Position numbers and translations under genes: made by a program. From an uncultured Candidatus Saccharibacteria bacterium (lineage in GTDB: Bacteria; Patescibacteriota; Saccharimonadia; CAILAD01; BJGX01), in NCBI GenBank assembly GCA_964390265.1, contig CAYMHI010000004.1, positions 922 through 64,921 on the forward strand: 64,000 nt of DNA. The letters run 5' to 3'. Below, one piece after another: positions 27,335 to 37,548 of the stretch; within the stretch, counting starts at the first letter, position 1, and every line of letters starts with the position of its first letter. The notes beneath the pieces were generated by a model. That model worked only from the letters and a program-made list of their open reading frames with translations. It was not told where the DNA came from and did no database searches.

Positions 27335-30174
27335 TACAGCAATCCTTCAAATTTTATTCTACTGCTACCTTTTTCGCTAAATTTATGGCCTCTAATGCCC
27401 GCTACTAGCTTTTCCAGGGTTTCATATATTTTAAGGTTATCTATGTAGGTTGTGGAGGCCAAAATATCTTGCTCAACAAAATATAGGCTAACAGAGTTAA
27501 CTGGTGATTGGTGCTGTTTTTCCCAGGCTAGAGCGTATATTTGCATCTGTAAACTGTCTTTGAGCTTTTTTTGAGCGTTATTTTGAGAGCCCACCTCGCC
27601 AGTCTTAAAATCTCGTATTTCAATTTTACCGCCCCGGTCATAAATGGCATCATAGCGACCGCTGATATTTAGTTTTAAGCTTTCTAGCCTCAGTATGAAG
27701 GGTTTTTCTACTTCTTTTGGTATAACTTTCAACCCCTCCTCTTTTTTGTAGAACCTGGCCAATGCTTTGCGGCCTGACTCGTAGCGTTCTTTCTCATGAT
27801 CTAACGAGACAAACCCCTCGCTTTTCCAACGGTTTTCAAAACTTAGCAAGAGTTGACTAAGATTAACCGACTCCCCACTTAATCTGGCTCGATAGTAGAG
27901 TTCAATAGCCGCATGAATAGCTGAGCCGTACACTAGAGCATGAAATGGCCCCTTGGGTAGGCTGAGAATATCGAAATACCAGAATTCTATAGGTGAACGT
28001 GCGTACGATGCTAGCTGGTTGGTACTAAGATTGAGCCAGCCCCGCTCATCGGTAAATTTTGACAATGGATCAAAGTTTTGTCTCTGCGGTAATTGGGCAA
28101 ATGACTTAATAGCTTCTATTTGAGCGCGATTGTCCTGTGCTGGCGCAGATACCACCTCTCCTGTAGCCTCCTGTATAAACCTTGAAGGTTTTTTAAGTCG
28201 TTTGCCTCCATGATCATATGAGGTTGTAAGATATAGATAGGTTTTAGCTCGAGTCATACCAACATAAAAAAGTCGTCTCTCCTCGTGAATATGCCAAGGT
28301 ATAGATTCGTCATTTTCTGGTAGCAGTCCTTTTGGAACAGCAATTTTATCACCCATGTTTCTGGACGGAAATGTTTGCTCGGTAAGATCGACAATAAAGA
28401 CAGCTTCAAACTCCAACCCCTTAGCCTTATGTATAGTCATAATTGATACAGAATTTGCGTCTAAAGGTGATGACTGGATTAATATATCTACGTCGCTCTC
28501 TCGTATTCTATTTATGTGTCTCCAAAAGCCAAAAATATGAGGGTCATGGGGGCTTGATAATTCAAACTCCTTAATTACTACAAAAAACTGTGAGATATTT
28601 TGTATTTTTTGTACAGCCCTATGATCAGTATCAGCATCTGCTATCAAGCGCTTGAGGTAACCAGTTGATTCAATAAACTTATATAATATTTGACCAGCCG
28701 ATGAACTCAACACCTCACCCCGGTAATCCTGAAGCAAACCCAGCGCAGAGCTAATTGCTTCTGGTAGATCGTCTTGACTTGCCAGATAGCTCTCAAGACT
28801 TTCGTGACTTCTAGTAGCTTGTGCGCTGTATTTTGCAATTTGATCAAATGGTACTCTATATAAATCTGATACCAATAACCCGTAGAGTGCATCAGATGCG
28901 TTAGGGTCATTTAGAGCGCGTACAAAATGGAGCAATACTTTTATTTCGGCCTGTTCAAAAAGATTCTGACTTTCCGACACCACGTAAGGTATTGATAGCT
29001 TCTCTAGTGCATGAGCTACCTCTTGTGCTTGGCTATTTTTTCTTAATAAAATGGCGATGTCGTTATATTTTAAGTCTTTAGCGCTATGTAGCGCTTGTAT
29101 TTGACTAGCAATATAGTTCATTTCCTCAACAATTGTTGTATTTGCCTCAACATTAACCTCTGAATCACCAGCGACACCTTTAAGCTTTTTACTTAAGCCG
29201 TTCTCTATTTCTAGTCGGTATGGATTGTTACCCTGAATTAAACCATAAGCACAATCTAATATTTTTTGCTTTGAGCGGTAATTAATATTTAGCACAACTT
29301 GCTTGGCCTCGGGGAAATCTTTGGTAAATTTTAAAATATTTGAGATAGCGGCTCCTCTAAATCGATAGATAGACTGGTCATCGTCGCCCACCACCATAAT
29401 ATTTCGTAGTTCTTTAGACAACAATTTTACAAGATAATTCTGGGCATAATTGGTGTCCTGAAATTCATCTACCAAGACGTAGCGATACTTTTCTTGGTAC
29501 TTACGCAAGATGCTTTTGTTTTTTTCTAGCAATTCTATGGTAAGTATTATCTGATCGCCATAATCAATTAAACTCTTCTCTTGCGTCAACTTCTGATACT
29601 TAGAGTATATTTGCTCTAGCTCCTTAAGCTGAAGAAGTTCATCTTTCTCTAGTGACTTATCAAGCAGCTGCTTTTTCACGAATTTGCTAAACTTGATACT
29701 TGTAATATTCTCGTCCTTGAGTCTAGAGATAAATTTCAAGCAGGCATCTACAAAACTAAACGGATTACCTAGTGATTTATAATAATTTAGTTTTAGACCA
29801 TCTATGACCTCTTGCATTACAATAGCCTGCTGAAAATTCGACATCACCACAAAATCCGACGGCAACCCTACAGCAAATCCACTCTCGCGCAGAATTTTAT
29901 CACCTAGAGCATGGAATGTCGAAATTTCGGCATCGTTGTATCCATAAGGCAATATTTCGTCTACTCTATCTTGCATTTCGGCTGCAGCCTTCTCGGTAAA
30001 AGTAAGGGCAAGAATATTTTCAGAGTGTATCTTTTTATTCTGAATTAAATTAGCAATTCGAAGGCTAATAACAGCAGTTTTACCAGTTCCGGCTCCGGCC
30101 ACCACAATAGCTGGACCATTAAAATGCTCGACGGCTTGTTTTTGCGCAGCGTTAAGTTTAGTTTTTCCACCCAT
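27334..30174 (-). CDS. UvrD/PcrA-family helicase with C-terminal PD-(D/E)xK nuclease domain
   Basis: AGAGTGKT, VDEFQD, VGDDDQSIYRFRGA, TIHKAKGLEF, EERRLFYVGMTRA; C-terminal GRYD...RDFKTG...QMQIYA. Confidence 0.92.
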   Translation of the reverse strand: MGGKTKLNAAQKQAVEHFNGPAIVVAGAGTGKTAVISLRIANLIQNKKIHSENILALTFTEKAAAEMQDRVDEILPYGYNDAEISTFHALGDKILRESGFAVGLPSDFVVMSNFQQAIVMQEVIDGLKLNYYKSLGNPFSFVDACLKFISRLKDENITSIKFSKFVKKQLLDKSLEKDELLQLKELEQIYSKYQKLTQEKSLIDYGDQIILTIELLEKNKSILRKYQEKYRYVLVDEFQDTNYAQNYLVKLLSKELRNIMVVGDDDQSIYRFRGAAISNILKFTKDFPEAKQVVLNINYRSKQKILDCAYGLIQGNNPYRLEIENGLSKKLKGVAGDSEVNVEANTTIVEEMNYIASQIQALHSAKDLKYNDIAILLRKNSQAQEVAHALEKLSIPYVVSESQNLFEQAEIKVLLHFVRALNDPNASDALYGLLVSDLYRVPFDQIAKYSAQATRSHESLESYLASQDDLPEAISSALGLLQDYRGEVLSSSAGQILYKFIESTGYLKRLIADADTDHRAVQKIQNISQFFVVIKEFELSSPHDPHIFGFWRHINRIRESDVDILIQSSPLDANSVSIMTIHKAKGLEFEAVFIVDLTEQTFPSRNMGDKIAVPKGLLPENDESIPWHIHEERRLFYVGMTRAKTYLYLTTSYDHGGKRLKKPSRFIQEATGEVVSAPAQDNRAQIEAIKSFAQLPQRQNFDPLSKFTDERGWLNLSTNQLASYARSPIEFWYFDILSLPKGPFHALVYGSAIHAAIELYYRARLSGESVNLSQLLLSFENRWKSEGFVSLDHEKERYESGRKALARFYKKEEGLKVIPKEVEKPFILRLESLKLNISGRYDAIYDRGGKIEIRDFKTGEVGSQNNAQKKLKDSLQMQIYALAWEKQHQSPVNSVSLYFVEQDILASTTYIDNLKIYETLEKLVAGIRGHKFSEKGSSRIKFEGLL

Positions 30175-30222
30175 ATATACTCATTATATAGCCTCTTGAG
30201 CTCTGGTGATAGTCGGTACAAA

Positions 30223-32259
30223 ATGATATGCTCGATAACGAAGATTGGAGAAAACTACAGGGTGAGTAAAATAACACAACAGTTTCAATTACTTGCACCA
30301 AAAGCCGCTGCTCAAAACGAGGTTAAGACTTTTGTGTATAGCAAGGACGTTATAGTAAAAAACAGCTCTACTGAGGAAGAAAGACTTTACTCAGTACTAA
30401 CAATCTGGGCTCCAACAAAAGATATTGATAAAATTTTTGCACACCTCATGCAGGTGTTTTACAAATGCTGTCGTATAGAGACAAGCAACGAATCTATAAT
30501 GGTTCGGTTTAACCGCACCCTAGAGAGCATTAATACTATTTTGGAAGAACTAAGTAGGTACTATACAAAAAAAGACCTGAGGTTCCATGTAGCAGGTTCA
30601 ATAGCTATAATATCTGGCTCACAAGCTGTCATAGGTATATGCAATGATGCCCAGACTTATCTGACCAGAAAAAAAGTAACTAAAACTCTGTTTGATCCGC
30701 ACTCTAAAAGTTCCAAATCCAATAAGTTTTATAAAACAACTCACTTACATCTATATCCAAACGATCAAATAATATTTTCTAGCAGCCGATTTTCGGATAG
30801 ATTACCCAAATATATGCTGTACAATTACTTGAAAGACCCCGGCTATATATTCTTTAAATTGTGCGAAGACATAACCAGTCTTAATAGCCCGCATCTGGGA
30901 CTGATTAATGTACTGATATACTCCAAAACCAGATCGCTACCGACTCAACATAATGTCGAATCTACCAGTATTGGTGATGCCCAGGGTTCAGCAAAACCAG
31001 TAGTCGTAAAAAAACCCGCTCTTAAACATACTCAACACAGAATTTCCCTAGATAATATTACCAAGTCGGCAGAAAAATATATACTCGTGCCAGCAAAAAA
31101 GGCTTTTAAGAGCAGCTGGAACTCTCTCTGGAGTAAATACATCAACTCCCGACCAATATTATCGTTAGCAATTTTTATTTCGATACTATGCGTAATAATA
31201 GGCCTAGCGATCTACTTTGTAGCTTATAATCCGCATAACCAAACACTTATTAAAAGATATGAAAATTGGAATAAAGAAGTTAGTCTGGCAGAATCTCAAA
31301 CAAATCAAGACAAGGTTACAACGCTCAAGATAATTGACAAAACTAGACTCGAAATCAACTCGCTACCTCGAACTGATTACCTAGCTATTAACAGATTAGT
31401 GGCCAACCAAAAAAAACAAAGTCTAGACGATTTGTTGGCCAGACTAAACTCTATAGATGATAAACTGAATGGTATTTATAGAGTTAACCCAGAAAAGGTG
31501 TTTGAAGGTGACAAAACTGCAAGGTTTGGCCCCATAGCCCTACAAGACAACCTAGTCTACTCTGTCGACACATCTTCGGGTTCGCTTTGGGTTACAAACA
31601 TCAATAATTCAAAAACCCAGCAATTAGCTAGTAGCCCAGAGCTAGGCAGCGCAACTGCCATTACGGTTAGTGCAAGCAAGATAGTATATATTCTTACCAA
31701 CACCGGGGTGTACGCAGTCAATGACAAGGGCGAAGTAAATAAACAGTCAAATACAACAGGATTGTGGCCGTCTAGTGCTGCTATCTCATCATATGGCCCT
31801 AATCTTTACTTATTAAGCCCAGCCGATAATCAAATATACAAGTATATAAAAACTAACACTTCTTTTGGTTTAGCTAGTAAATATATCAAAAACCCAACCA
31901 CTGGTCTACTTAAAGATGCCACCTCTTTTACCGTTAATGGCAATGTTATAGTAGCCGAAAGATCAGGTCAAATACTTCTATTCAATCAAGGTGTTAAGCA
32001 AGACTTCGCTATCACCGATGCCCCAAGTGACCTGCAAAACATCACTTCGATATCTTATTCTTCAAGCCCAGATAGAGTGATTGTGCTTAATCAAGAGAAA
32101 AAGGCACTTATAGACTTAAGCCTTGTAGAAACCGGAGCGCAATACAAAAAGGAGGCAGTTGTAAATGGAACATCGTTTATTTCTAGCTTTATTTATGATA
32201 ATAAAAGTAATAATGTAATATTTACATCTAATAATACAATCCAAAAAATACCTTTTTAA
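30223..32259 (+). CDS. Hypothetical bitopic membrane protein with probable C-terminal beta-propeller
   Basis: Long ORF, central TM, beta-rich repeats (LYLLSPADNQIYKY). Start uncertain (30223 or 30262); the track start at 30124 overlaps the helicase. Confidence 0.65.
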   Translation: MICSITKIGENYRVSKITQQFQLLAPKAAAQNEVKTFVYSKDVIVKNSSTEEERLYSVLTIWAPTKDIDKIFAHLMQVFYKCCRIETSNESIMVRFNRTLESINTILEELSRYYTKKDLRFHVAGSIAIISGSQAVIGICNDAQTYLTRKKVTKTLFDPHSKSSKSNKFYKTTHLHLYPNDQIIFSSSRFSDRLPKYMLYNYLKDPGYIFFKLCEDITSLNSPHLGLINVLIYSKTRSLPTQHNVESTSIGDAQGSAKPVVVKKPALKHTQHRISLDNITKSAEKYILVPAKKAFKSSWNSLWSKYINSRPILSLAIFISILCVIIGLAIYFVAYNPHNQTLIKRYENWNKEVSLAESQTNQDKVTTLKIIDKTRLEINSLPRTDYLAINRLVANQKKQSLDDLLARLNSIDDKLNGIYRVNPEKVFEGDKTARFGPIALQDNLVYSVDTSSGSLWVTNINNSKTQQLASSPELGSATAITVSASKIVYILTNTGVYAVNDKGEVNKQSNTTGLWPSSAAISSYGPNLYLLSPADNQIYKYIKTNTSFGLASKYIKNPTTGLLKDATSFTVNGNVIVAERSGQILLFNQGVKQDFAITDAPSDLQNITSISYSSSPDRVIVLNQEKKALIDLSLVETGAQYKKEAVVNGTSFISSFIYDNKSNNVIFTSNNTIQKIPF

Positions 32260-32289
32260 GAAAATACTTCTTGGGTGTCGCCCAACAAC

Positions 32290-33996
32290 TCACATCTTTT
32301 GGGGGATTTCCATACCCATAGCGTCAAAGCACATTTTAACAGCTTGAAAAATTGCATTATTTAGCAATAGACGAAACTCATCTATCCCGTTTTCGCCTAT
32401 TATCTGGTGAGTATGATAAAAACTATTGTATTGTCGACACAGATCGTAACAATAATGGGCAATTTGACTAGGTTCAAAGTCGTTAGTTGCCCTGCTATAA
32501 ACCTGGTTTATTCTACTTAATGCCAAGATGAGCTCAATTTCATTCATATCTGGTTTAACATCTGTAGTATCTATGTTGCCTTCGGGGTTATAGTGGCTAG
32601 ACTTGTTTTGTACCGATTGCATCCGCACAGCGCTATAGGCAAGGTATGGTGCACTATCGCCATCAATCGAGAGTACGTTGTTCCAGTCAAATGTAAGATT
32701 AGACAGCCTATTTTGATGCAAAATTGTATATTTAATGACGTTAATTGAGATAATTTCACTTAGTTTGGCTTGCTCTGTTGTATTTAAGTCTTTAGATAGA
32801 GCTACTATCTGGTTAGATACTTTATTTTTAGTTGTATCTATTAGATCTTCAACCAGTATAATATTACCCTTGCGTGTACTCATACTCTCATCTTTAAAAG
32901 TCATTCTGCCAAATGGCACATGAATATTTTTGGCTTGAGTTAGACCCAGCTTATCGGCAACCTCGTAAACCTGCTTGAGTTGTAAGCTTTGAGCAACGTC
33001 TACCACGTTGACCATCAGGTCGGGCTTCCATTGTTGTTGCCAATACATCACTCGTGCCAAGTCTCTAGTTAAATACAGACTAGTGCCGTCACTTTTCTTG
33101 ATGAGCGCTGGTGGTTCATCAGGATTGTCTAGCACGCACACTAATGCTCCTTGGCTTGGTTTAAAAAGGTTTTTATTAATACCTAAATCAACAATCTCAT
33201 CTATTTTATCCTCATAAAAACTTTCACCATTGAAGTAATCAAACTCAATATTTAACTTACTATAAATCTCTAAGACTTCAGCCATACTCCAGGCCTGTAT
33301 CTTGCTTAGTAGCTCACGGTTTTCGAGGTCGCCTTGCTCGAGTTTTTTGTATTCTGCCCTGCCAGCCTCATCTAAAGAATCGTCGCTTTCTTCAGCAATA
33401 TGAAACCGTACATAAAGCTTAAGAAGTTCTGGAACTGGGTTAGCTTCAATGGCTTGCATATCGCCCCAGTTTTTAACAGCGTAAATCAAACGCCCAAACT
33501 GCGTACCCATGTCGCCTATAAAATTATCGGCAATAACTTCGTACCCAACCTGTCTATAGATTCTCTTAATGGAGTCACCAATGATAGTTGATAGCAAATG
33601 ATGCACCCCCATTGGTTTACCAATATTAGGGTGTGAGTAGTCGATAATCATTTTTTTGCCGGTGCCAGAATAGCCAATGTAGCCGGGTAGATCTTGATAT
33701 ATATTCTGGAGCTGTTTTAATAGTACCTTGTCGGTTAGCCGAACATTAATAAACCCAGGCTTTAGTACCTCTACTGTAGAAATACTCGGATGTTTATCAA
33801 CGCTAATAGCAAGCTGCTTGGCAATCTCCATAGGGTTTTTACCAATTGTTTTAGAAGAAGCCATTGCAATGTTGGTGGAAAAGTGGCCGAATTCTATATC
33901 ACAATACTCCACCTCTGCTATGGTGGCGTTATCTGGAAACTCAGACTTAAAAGCAGCCTGTACAATGGATTGGATGTGATCTTGAAGATTTTGCAT
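32290..33996 (-). CDS. argS: Arginine--tRNA ligase
   Basis: DYSHPNIGKPMGVHH, GDMGTQFG, KSDGTSLYLTRDLA, MSTRKG. Start placed at ATG 33996. Confidence 0.95.
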   Translation of the reverse strand: MQNLQDHIQSIVQAAFKSEFPDNATIAEVEYCDIEFGHFSTNIAMASSKTIGKNPMEIAKQLAISVDKHPSISTVEVLKPGFINVRLTDKVLLKQLQNIYQDLPGYIGYSGTGKKMIIDYSHPNIGKPMGVHHLLSTIIGDSIKRIYRQVGYEVIADNFIGDMGTQFGRLIYAVKNWGDMQAIEANPVPELLKLYVRFHIAEESDDSLDEAGRAEYKKLEQGDLENRELLSKIQAWSMAEVLEIYSKLNIEFDYFNGESFYEDKIDEIVDLGINKNLFKPSQGALVCVLDNPDEPPALIKKSDGTSLYLTRDLARVMYWQQQWKPDLMVNVVDVAQSLQLKQVYEVADKLGLTQAKNIHVPFGRMTFKDESMSTRKGNIILVEDLIDTTKNKVSNQIVALSKDLNTTEQAKLSEIISINVIKYTILHQNRLSNLTFDWNNVLSIDGDSAPYLAYSAVRMQSVQNKSSHYNPEGNIDTTDVKPDMNEIELILALSRINQVYSRATNDFEPSQIAHYCYDLCRQYNSFYHTHQIIGENGIDEFRLLLNNAIFQAVKMCFDAMGMEIPQKM

Positions 33997-34068
33997 TGCA
34001 TCTATTATAGCGAATTTAGTTTGTCTTGGCACATATTTAAAATCTTAGGCTGCGGTATAATAGGTACT

Positions 34069-34512
34069 ATGAAAATAATAGCAACCAATAAAAGAGCTCG
34101 TTTTGACTACGATATTACCGATAAAATCGTGGCAGGTATAGTTTTGGCCGGACACGAGGTTAAAAGCGTTAAGAGTGGCTCTGTGGGCCTCAAGGGTAGC
34201 TTTGTAAGTTTTGTGGGCAATGAAGCTTATTTGTCTAATGCCCACATAACCCAATACAAACAGGCATCCAGCCTAAAGAGCTACGAACCAACCGCTAGCC
34301 GTAAACTACTAATGCACCGTAAAGAGCTAGATAGGCTACTGGGAGCACTAAAAAGCGAGGGCAAAACCGCTGTACCTACTGCAATTGGTATTGATCGTGG
34401 CTTAGTAAAGGTAGAGATAGGTATTGGACGCGGTAAAAAGCGCCATGACAAACGTGAGACTATTAAAAAACGTGACATGCTACGCGATGCCAACCGAGAC
34501 GTCAAAAAGTAG
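34069..34512 (+). CDS. smpB: SsrA-binding protein SmpB
   Basis: NKRARFDY, AGIVLAGHEVKS, RKLLMH, GKKRHDKR. Likely start MKIIAT at 34069. Confidence 0.96.
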   Translation: MKIIATNKRARFDYDITDKIVAGIVLAGHEVKSVKSGSVGLKGSFVSFVGNEAYLSNAHITQYKQASSLKSYEPTASRKLLMHRKELDRLLGALKSEGKTAVPTAIGIDRGLVKVEIGIGRGKKRHDKRETIKKRDMLRDANRDVKK

Positions 34513-34700
34513 CAGTTGAGCACATTATTGTATCAATGATAGTTTTATAAATTATATATATTGCTTCTCCAATCTGTTATTGTTTAGTATTATTACATGC
34601 TAGTAATGCTATAACACTACAATGTTGTAGCATATATCCCACCCTACATTATCAAGCTAAGCCATACTGTGTTATTATTAGAGCATAAGCGATATTATTT

Positions 34701-35717
34701 ATGACTACCCCATCTATACAATCAATTGCAACAGATCTAATGAAGGCTCCCAAGGGTTTGTTGGCTGCAGACGAGAGCAACAATACCTGCACTAGGCGTT
34801 TTGAGGCGCTAGGTATTAAGAGCAATGAAGAGTCTCGCCGTAGTTATCGTCAAATGCTTCTTACAGCCCCCAAGTTCGCACAATATATTAGCGGTGTTAT
34901 TTTTTATGACGAAACGATTCGGCAAAAAACCGATGCCGGTCAAAGCTTCGTAGATCTACTTACATCCCAAGGAGTTACACCTGGTATTAAGGTAGATGGC
35001 GGCCTGGTTGAGCTTAATAACTTTGCCCCCGAAACCATTACTAATGGATTAGATGGATTGACCGAGCGACTCAAGGAATACTACTCTTTAGGTGCTAGGT
35101 TTACCAAATGGCGTGCCGCCTTTATTGTTGATCAATCCGTCAATAGACCATCCGCTACTGCCCTACACGCCAATATGCACGCCTTGGCTCAGTACGCATG
35201 CACAGTGCAATCGGCTGGTATGGTACCAATAGTTGAGCCAGAGGTATTATACGATGGAGATCATAGCCTCGAAGATAGCCAAGAAGTTACAGCGCACACT
35301 TTGAGAGTATTATTTGATACGCTCAAGGCTTACAAGGTGGATTTAACAGGTTTGATCTTGAAAACCAGCATGGTCTTGGCTGGAAAAAACAGTGTCCTCC
35401 AATCCTCTCCCCAAGAAGTAACGAAAGCAACCCTTAAAGTTTTAAACGATCGAGTACCTCACCAAACCGCCGGTATAGTATTCTTATCTGGCGGACAAAC
35501 TCCCAGCCAGGCTAGCAACAACCTCAATGCTATCGGTGAATCTGGTAAACAGCCTTGGCCCATTAGCTTTTCGTTCTCACGCGCCGTGCAAGAGCCGGCC
35601 CTCAACACCTGGCGTGGTGAGAAGGCCAATATTGAACTTGCACAATCCAAATTTAGCGACGCTTTGGCCACAAATTCACTTGCCCGCGAAGGCAAATTAA
35701 ACTTAAAAAATACATAG
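34701..35717 (+). CDS. fba: Fructose-bisphosphate aldolase class I
   Basis: KGLLAADES, GIKVD, FTKWR, VPIVEPEV, FLSGGQ, SFSFSRA. Confidence 0.93.
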   Translation: MTTPSIQSIATDLMKAPKGLLAADESNNTCTRRFEALGIKSNEESRRSYRQMLLTAPKFAQYISGVIFYDETIRQKTDAGQSFVDLLTSQGVTPGIKVDGGLVELNNFAPETITNGLDGLTERLKEYYSLGARFTKWRAAFIVDQSVNRPSATALHANMHALAQYACTVQSAGMVPIVEPEVLYDGDHSLEDSQEVTAHTLRVLFDTLKAYKVDLTGLILKTSMVLAGKNSVLQSSPQEVTKATLKVLNDRVPHQTAGIVFLSGGQTPSQASNNLNAIGESGKQPWPISFSFSRAVQEPALNTWRGEKANIELAQSKFSDALATNSLAREGKLNLKNT

Positions 35718-35773
35718 TGGAATATTTTTTTAAAAAAAGTCTAAAAAAACTAAAAAAAGTTTGAAAAAAGTTG

Positions 35774-35803
35774 TTGACAAGGCTTATGCTTACAAGATAT
35801 GAT
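35774..35803 (+). promoter_or_regulatory. Sigma70-type promoter with upstream A-tracts
   Basis: TTGACA-18 bp-TATGAT preceded by repeated A6-7 tracts. Confidence 0.65.
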
Positions 35804-35809
35804 GTATGT

Positions 35810-35955
35810 AGTGCTGCACACTAAAATTACTCAAAACAAAAACAAAGCTCTTTTCAACAGATTGGCGAAGCTCACAAGGCGACGCCAATTTGTTTCAAAA
35901 ATATAAATAATAAAATCAAAAAAAGCGCCACACAAATAAAGGCGCTTTTTATTTT
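35810..35955 (+). ncRNA. Candidate small RNA (~140 nt)
   Basis: Promoter, hairpin 35856-35894 (G-U on plus strand), terminator AAAAAGCGCC...GGCGCTTTTT; no ORF. Confidence 0.45.
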
Positions 35956-35973
35956 GTTCAATATTGTGATATC

Positions 35974-36010
35974 AAAAAACAGACCCTACTTTAATTTGGG
36001 TCTGTTTTTT
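35974..36010 (-). terminator. Intrinsic (bidirectional) terminator of the RRM gene
   Basis: AAAAAACAGACCC...GGGTCTGTTTTTT. Confidence 0.7.
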
Positions 36011-36036
36011 ATTTATCGTAAATGTTCAATTTTAGC

Positions 36037-36294
36037 TTAGTCGCGCGGTTGTTGCGGACGAGCTTCTGACACAGTAATAGCACGGCCATCGATTTCTTTG
36101 CCGTTGGTAGCTTCGATGATTGCGTTGAGATCAACGCTCTCTGCTAGTTCGACAAAACCAAAACCCTTACTACGACCATTCATACGATCAGTGATCACGT
36201 TGGCAGATACTACCTCACCGTGCTCACCAAATATTTCAGCAAGCTGCTCAGATGTAACGCTGTATGGCAGGTTGCCAACAAATAACTTTTTCAT
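36037..36294 (-). CDS. RRM-domain RNA-binding protein
   Basis: RNP2 LFVGNL and RNP1 KGFGFV. Confidence 0.93.
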   Translation of the reverse strand: MKKLFVGNLPYSVTSEQLAEIFGEHGEVVSANVITDRMNGRSKGFGFVELAESVDLNAIIEATNGKEIDGRAITVSEARPQQPRD

Positions 36295-36487
36295 GTATTT
36301 AGATGGTTCTTTCTTTTAATAATCTTGGAGCAGGACGACCTTCTTTTCTTACCAAGTCATCTTGAAACAAGAACATAGAAGAAAGAGAAACCTACTTGGT
36401 GAGTATTATAGCACAATCGAGAGAAGATTACTAGTAGATAGCCTAAAATAAAAATCACCTCTAGCTTATCACTTGAGGTGATGATGA

Positions 36488-36742
36488 TTAATCGCCGACA
36501 AGGTCGAGAAAGAACTTAAGTCTCTCGGTTTGCTCTGCAGCATGTTGAGGCATTTGCGAGCGTGAAACACTATCTATAGAAAAGCCCTCGGGTGGAAGTG
36601 AATATCCACCTAGAGCTGCATAGTGGGTATAAGGAGTCTTGTTTACTGCTCCACTATTGGTTGAGATGCGGCGATGTTGACCGAACAAATACATACGAAC
36701 CCCGGCAACAAACATTGCGAACAATACCAATACAACCATCAT
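36488..36742 (-). CDS. Small hypothetical protein with N-terminal TM
   Basis: SD GGGAGGG, own terminator at 36451-36482. Confidence 0.55.
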   Translation of the reverse strand: MMVVLVLFAMFVAGVRMYLFGQHRRISTNSGAVNKTPYTHYAALGGYSLPPEGFSIDSVSRSQMPQHAAEQTERLKFFLDLVGD

Positions 36743-36869
36743 ATTCCCTCCCTTAAGAGTAGGTGCTAGACTAGCGCTTAATATAGCATGTAGTACTTTA
36801 GAAAGCCAGCATTACAGTCGTTACATACTATAATAAAAACCTCATTGCACATTGGCAATGAGGTAATAA

Positions 36870-37463
36870 TTAGTCTACTTTGGAACGCATTTTCTGGGCA
36901 AATCGCTCGGCGATGGTTTGAGCGCCGGCATTGTTATTCGGCACAACCTGAATATTACCATAAGTAGGTACTATACCGGGCTCTGTTACCCGCAAGTACC
37001 AGCCGCAACGGCCATTAGCTCGCATCAGAGCGATTACCTGGGGCCAACCACGAAACATTGCCAGCTTGTGGCATGGCTCACGAGGTTTAGATACTTCTAA
37101 TTCTGCAGCTCCCCATTGCCATCTATCACCAATGCGAACATCGGCTTCCAAAATGCCTTGTACGAGTAAATTTTCGCCAAAAGATCCGGGTGGCAACACC
37201 TGGCCATAAACGGCCTGCCAGTACGCATAATGCTCGCTGGGGTACACATAAACGGCCATTTCGTTACCACCATGCAACTGCCTGCCATCATCCTTGGGGC
37301 GTGTATCGACCTGTTGATCGCCGTACAAATTGGTGTAGGTTAGTAAAATTTCTCTACCCTCTACCGGCGACTTGCCAATACTTGAGTATACCGGCGCACC
37401 GTTGCGCTCACCAATTACCTGTGGCAAGCCCGTGCAGACTGCCACTATTTTGACTTTTCTCAT
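36870..37463 (-). CDS. MOSC-domain protein (YiiM-like)
   Basis: HGG...AV, GSFGENL, IGD, PREPCHKL, GWYLRV. Confidence 0.9.
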   Translation of the reverse strand: MRKVKIVAVCTGLPQVIGERNGAPVYSSIGKSPVEGREILLTYTNLYGDQQVDTRPKDDGRQLHGGNEMAVYVYPSEHYAYWQAVYGQVLPPGSFGENLLVQGILEADVRIGDRWQWGAAELEVSKPREPCHKLAMFRGWPQVIALMRANGRCGWYLRVTEPGIVPTYGNIQVVPNNNAGAQTIAERFAQKMRSKVD

Positions 37464-37492
37464 TTACTGCCCTCTCTGTATAGGTACGAGCT

Positions 37493-37539
37493 GTATTGTA
37501 CAGTATATAAATAAAAACCCCAAGATTTTCTTGGGGTAT
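37493..37539. repeat. 47 bp terminator+promoter module, copy 1
   Basis: 45/47 identical to 38381-38427. Confidence 0.9.
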
Positions 37540-37548
37540 GACGTTGCT

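Noticed and set aside
33790-34068. N-terminal extensions of smpB (likewise pheT, the 47300 GT and the 30124 ORF) in the ORF track
   Set aside because: They overlap neighbouring real genes; family motifs start at downstream codons.
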